In this document: piece by piece, positions 58,561 to 64,000 of the stretch | Layout of the letters: each line of letters opens with the position of its first letter | Numbering within the stretch: position 1 is the first letter of the stretch | Origin: Escherichia coli | GTDB lineage: Bacteria; Pseudomonadota; Gammaproteobacteria; Enterobacterales; Enterobacteriaceae | NCBI RefSeq assembly: GCF_041886205.1 | Contig: NZ_CP169029.1 | Direction: 5' to 3' (one strand) | Length of the DNA stretch: 64,000 nucleotides | Notes under the pieces: generated by a model | Databases searched by the model: none | What the model saw: only the letters and a program-made list of their open reading frames with translations | Told to the model about the DNA's origin: nothing | Program-made: the position numbers and the translations under genes

Positions 58561-58611
58561 GAAGTGAATAGCGCCCGGAAACGGGCTCTGAGGTTATGCA
58601 AACGTAAAGCT

Positions 58612-58710
58612 GCCTGATGCGCTATGCTTATCAGGCCTACATAGTCCCTGCAATATATTGAATTAGCAAGGTTTTGTAGGCCGGATAAGGCGTTCACGCC
58701 GCATCCGGCA
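58612..58710. repeat. BIME (pair of inverted REP units) between torZ and cmoB
   Basis: GCCTGATGCGCTATGCTTATCAGGCCTACA ... TGTAGGCCGGATAAGGCGTTCACGCCGCATCCGGCA; near-identical to the element at 11851-11950. Confidence 0.8.
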
Positions 58711-58724
58711 GTAATACCAGACCT

Positions 58725-60872
<2,148 letters not shown>

Positions 60873-60924
60873 ACAAACTCCCTTTAAAATGGCCGATTGC
60901 ACCTGTCTATGATAGGTGGCAAAT

Positions 60925-61743
60925 TCAGAAAAGAGAAGATTGCTGTGGAATAGCCGGAACTGCTCCGATCTCTGGAAGCGTTTTACGTAAGTCTTCCCAC
61001 AGGGTATGTACCAGTTCCGGGGCCTGGGCAATATCTGGCGTATGTAAAAAAAGATAAGGCGTAGTGGTCTGATGCCACTGCGCTAATTTCTGTAACCAGA
61101 CCTGAAATAATTCCCGGTTTTGCGTCATATCATCACTACCGATAAAACGAATCAGCGGATTTGTCGCCGTCAGTACAGCATGTACCGGAACTTTAGGTTT
61201 TTTTCGTTGAGCGTCGCGAATAGCTTCACTGTGTGGACATGCTGCATGAACCGGGCGGCTGTCTAAAATCACCCGATTAACGCCGCGCTGATGTAAACCG
61301 CGATTAAGCGTTTGTTCCTCTTCCCCTTTGGCGAAAAACTGTGGATGGCGGACTTCCACACCATAATTAAATTCGCCAGGGAGAGAATCGAGAAAATTCC
61401 AAAGCGCAGGCAGCTCCCGTGGGCCGAATGTGGCAGGCAGTTGCAGCCAGTATTGCCCAATGCGCGGAGCCAACGGTGACATGCGGGTCAAAAATTCAGT
61501 CACTAAATCATCGCAATGCCGTAATGCTGCCTGATGCGAAATGGTCGCCGGAAACTTAAAACAGAAGCGGAAGTCATCTGTGGTCTGCTCACGCCAGCGC
61601 AGAACAACCTCGGGTTTCGGCAGGGCGTAAAGCGTGGTGTTGCCCTCCACGCAGTTAAAGTGGCGGGCATACTCTTCAAGGCTGGTGATCCCCAACCGCA
61701 CCCATTTAGGATGCGACCATTGCGGTAGACCGATGTAAATCAT
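60925..61743 (-). CDS. yecE: DUF72-family protein YecE
   Basis: 272-aa ORF; 4-nt overlap with yecD. Confidence 0.82.
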   Translation of the reverse strand: MIYIGLPQWSHPKWVRLGITSLEEYARHFNCVEGNTTLYALPKPEVVLRWREQTTDDFRFCFKFPATISHQAALRHCDDLVTEFLTRMSPLAPRIGQYWLQLPATFGPRELPALWNFLDSLPGEFNYGVEVRHPQFFAKGEEEQTLNRGLHQRGVNRVILDSRPVHAACPHSEAIRDAQRKKPKVPVHAVLTATNPLIRFIGSDDMTQNRELFQVWLQKLAQWHQTTTPYLFLHTPDIAQAPELVHTLWEDLRKTLPEIGAVPAIPQQSSLF

Positions 61744-62306
61744 AACGCGTGAAGGATCTCTTCCACACTGCGCACACGGGCGATGCGTGGGTAGATATGG
61801 TTGATGCTGTTATTGTGCTGCTCGGCGCTGGCGGCACTACAGGCGTCTTCGGCAATCACCAGATTAAAGCCAAGTTCCCAGGCATTGCGGGCGGTGGATT
61901 CAACACCGATATTGGTCGAGATCCCACATAACACTATTGTATCGATACCTCGGCGGCGTAATTGCAACTCCAGATCCGTACCGTAAAACGCACCCCACTG
62001 ACGTTTGATGATTTCGATATCACTGTCAGTTGCACCTAATGCAGCTGGATGTTGCCACCAGTTTTCGGGCAACACTTTAGCGGGGGAGGGGGCATCAACC
62101 GGCTGTTTTAATGCTTCGGCGTAATCGGCAGACCAGCCAACGCGCACCAGAAACACGGGCTGACCGCTGGCGCGAAATTTCGCCGCCAGCTTCCCGGCGC
62201 GATTAACTACCTCATCGGCAGTATGTGGACCACCGGCAAAAGGTAAGATGCCTTCTTGTAAATCGATCACCACCAACGCAGTGGTTTTAGCATTAAGTTC
62301 AAGCAT
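61740..62306 (-). CDS. yecD: isochorismatase-family hydrolase YecD
   Basis: ORF 61740-62339 trimmed to the ATG at 62306 ([20 protein letters not shown]...) giving 188 aa. Confidence 0.85.
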   Translation of the reverse strand: MLELNAKTTALVVIDLQEGILPFAGGPHTADEVVNRAGKLAAKFRASGQPVFLVRVGWSADYAEALKQPVDAPSPAKVLPENWWQHPAALGATDSDIEIIKRQWGAFYGTDLELQLRRRGIDTIVLCGISTNIGVESTARNAWELGFNLVIAEDACSAASAEQHNNSINHIYPRIARVRSVEEILHAL

Positions 62307-62615
62307 GCTGACTCCTGAAAAAACAAAATCGTGCCTCACACCTTAATGCGATTAGCCGATGGCGGAACGACAAATTTTGTTAATTTTTATGAGTTCGGGC
62401 AACACCTTTATAGCAAACTGGCGTAGAGTCTGATTTCAGGCCCGATATAAAGTGGTAACGAGGCGTTCCAGCGCGGGCCAGGCTCTTACGGTGCGGCAGA
62501 ATTTCCAGTATAATAGCCGCCTTTTTTCATTCAGTTGTGACATACAGCTAACGCTGCGACTTGGTCACCTGCGCAGCAGGGGGCATCCGCCGGCAGCTAA
62601 GTTAAGGGATATCTC

Positions 62616-64000
62616 ATGCGTACAGAATATTGTGGACAGCTCCGTTTGTCCCACGTGGGGCAGCAGGTGACTCTGTGTGGTTGGGTCAACCGTCGTCGTG
62701 ATCTTGGTAGCCTGATCTTCATCGATATGCGCGACCGCGAAGGTATCGTGCAGGTATTTTTCGATCCGGATCGTGCGGACGCGTTAAAGCTGGCCTCTGA
62801 ACTGCGTAATGAGTTCTGCATTCAGGTCACGGGCACCGTACGTGCGCGTGACGAAAAAAATATTAACCGCGATATGGCGACCGGCGAAATCGAAGTGCTG
62901 GCGTCCTCGCTGACTATCATCAACCGCGCAGATGTTCTGCCGCTTGACTCTAACCACGTCAACACCGAAGAAGCGCGTCTGAAATACCGCTACCTCGACC
63001 TGCGTCGCCCGGAAATGGCTCAGCGCCTGAAAACCCGCGCTAAAATCACCAGCCTGGTGCGCCGTTTTATGGATGACCACGGCTTCCTCGACATCGAAAC
63101 TCCGATGCTGACCAAAGCCACGCCGGAAGGCGCGCGTGACTACCTGGTGCCTTCTCGTGTGCACAAAGGTAAATTCTACGCGCTGCCACAATCCCCGCAG
63201 TTGTTCAAACAGCTGCTGATGATGTCCGGCTTTGACCGCTACTATCAGATCGTTAAATGCTTCCGTGACGAAGACCTGCGCGCTGATCGTCAGCCTGAAT
63301 TTACTCAGATCGATGTGGAAACTTCTTTCATGACCGCGCCGCAAGTGCGTGAAGTGATGGAAGCGCTGGTGCGCCATCTGTGGCTGGAAGTGAAGGGCGT
63401 GGATCTGGGCGATTTCCCGGTAATGACCTTTGCGGAAGCCGAACGCCGTTATGGTTCTGATAAACCGGATCTGCGTAACCCGATGGAACTGACCGACGTT
63501 GCTGATCTGCTGAAATCTGTTGAGTTTGCAGTATTTGCAGGTCCGGCGAACGATCCGAAAGGTCGCGTTGCCGCTCTGCGTGTTCCGGGTGGCGCATCGC
63601 TGACCCGTAAGCAGATCGACGAATACGGTAACTTCGTTAAAATCTACGGCGCGAAAGGTCTGGCTTACATCAAAGTTAACGAACGCGCGAAAGGTCTGGA
63701 AGGTATCAACAGCCCGGTAGCGAAGTTCCTTAATGCAGAAATCATCGAAGCCATCCTGAATCGTACTGCCGCGCAAGATGGCGATATGATTTTCTTCGGT
63801 GCCGACAACAAGAAAATTGTTGCCGACGCGATGGGCGCACTGCGCCTGAAAGTGGGTAAAGACCTTGGTCTGACCGACGAAAGCAAATGGGCACCGCTGT
63901 GGGTTATCGACTTCCCGATGTTTGAAGACGACGGTGAAGGCGGCCTGACGGCAATGCACCATCCGTTCACCTCACCGAAAGACATGACGGCTGCAGAGCT
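62616..64000 (+). CDS. aspS: aspartate--tRNA ligase (5' part; 3' end beyond the window)
   Basis: ATG at 62616 opens [43 protein letters not shown]...; frame stays open to the window end, so absent from the ORF track. Confidence 0.93.
   Translation, partial: MRTEYCGQLRLSHVGQQVTLCGWVNRRRDLGSLIFIDMRDREGIVQVFFDPDRADALKLASELRNEFCIQVTGTVRARDEKNINRDMATGEIEVLASSLTIINRADVLPLDSNHVNTEEARLKYRYLDLRRPEMAQRLKTRAKITSLVRRFMDDHGFLDIETPMLTKATPEGARDYLVPSRVHKGKFYALPQSPQLFKQLLMMSGFDRYYQIVKCFRDEDLRADRQPEFTQIDVETSFMTAPQVREVMEALVRHLWLEVKGVDLGDFPVMTFAEAERRYGSDKPDLRNPMELTDVADLLKSVEFAVFAGPANDPKGRVAALRVPGGASLTRKQIDEYGNFVKIYGAKGLAYIKVNERAKGLEGINSPVAKFLNAEIIEAILNRTAAQDGDMIFFGADNKKIVADAMGALRLKVGKDLGLTDESKWAPLWVIDFPMFEDDGEGGLTAMHHPFTSPKDMTAAE

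Noticed and set aside
58572-58586. Short hairpin GCCCG-GAAA-CGGGC after the torZ stop
   Set aside because: Only a 5-bp stem with no T tract; termination here is more likely provided by the adjacent BIME, so not called as a terminator.
62784-63962. 392-aa minus-strand ORF
   Set aside because: Antisense to the 5' part of aspS, whose plus-strand translation is clearly aspartyl-tRNA synthetase; treated as a frame artefact.

Overview
Read as Escherichia coli chromosome: this window is the ~42-43 min flagellar/chemotaxis neighbourhood, fully syntenic with the K-12 map as I recall it, and I find no evidence of a novel or undescribed system. Identifications rest on recognising the translated ORFs from memory, not on any database search; start codons were moved to the known N-termini where the ORF track over-extends. 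Gene order runs fliG-fliF / fliE / yedK-yedF-yedE / yedD / amyA / fliT-fliS-fliD / fliC / fliA-fliZ-tcyJ-dcyD-tcyL-tcyN / sdiA / yecF / uvrY-uvrC / pgsA / glyW-cysT-leuZ tRNAs / yecA / tyrP / yecH / ftnA / yecR / azuC / yecJ / ftnB / araFGH / otsBA / uspC / flhDC-motAB-cheAW / tar-tap-cheRBYZ / flhBAE / yecT / argS / yecM / cutC / torYZ / cmoBA / yecN / yecE-yecD / aspS (3' end cut by the window). Every ORF of 60 aa or more that is not antisense to a recognised gene is accounted for, and there are no IS elements, integrases, CRISPR arrays or foreign gene cassettes. The strain is not K-12: fliC is a 440-aa allele, the K-12 yedL-yedN-yedM-intG segment between yedK and fliE is absent, and no IS sits upstream of flhD. 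The most check-worthy items are modest: the gene-free yedK-fliE junction with a 22-bp direct repeat, a 28-bp dyad in the long ftnB-araF intergenic region, the low-GC secreted yecT ORF, and the fliC allele.
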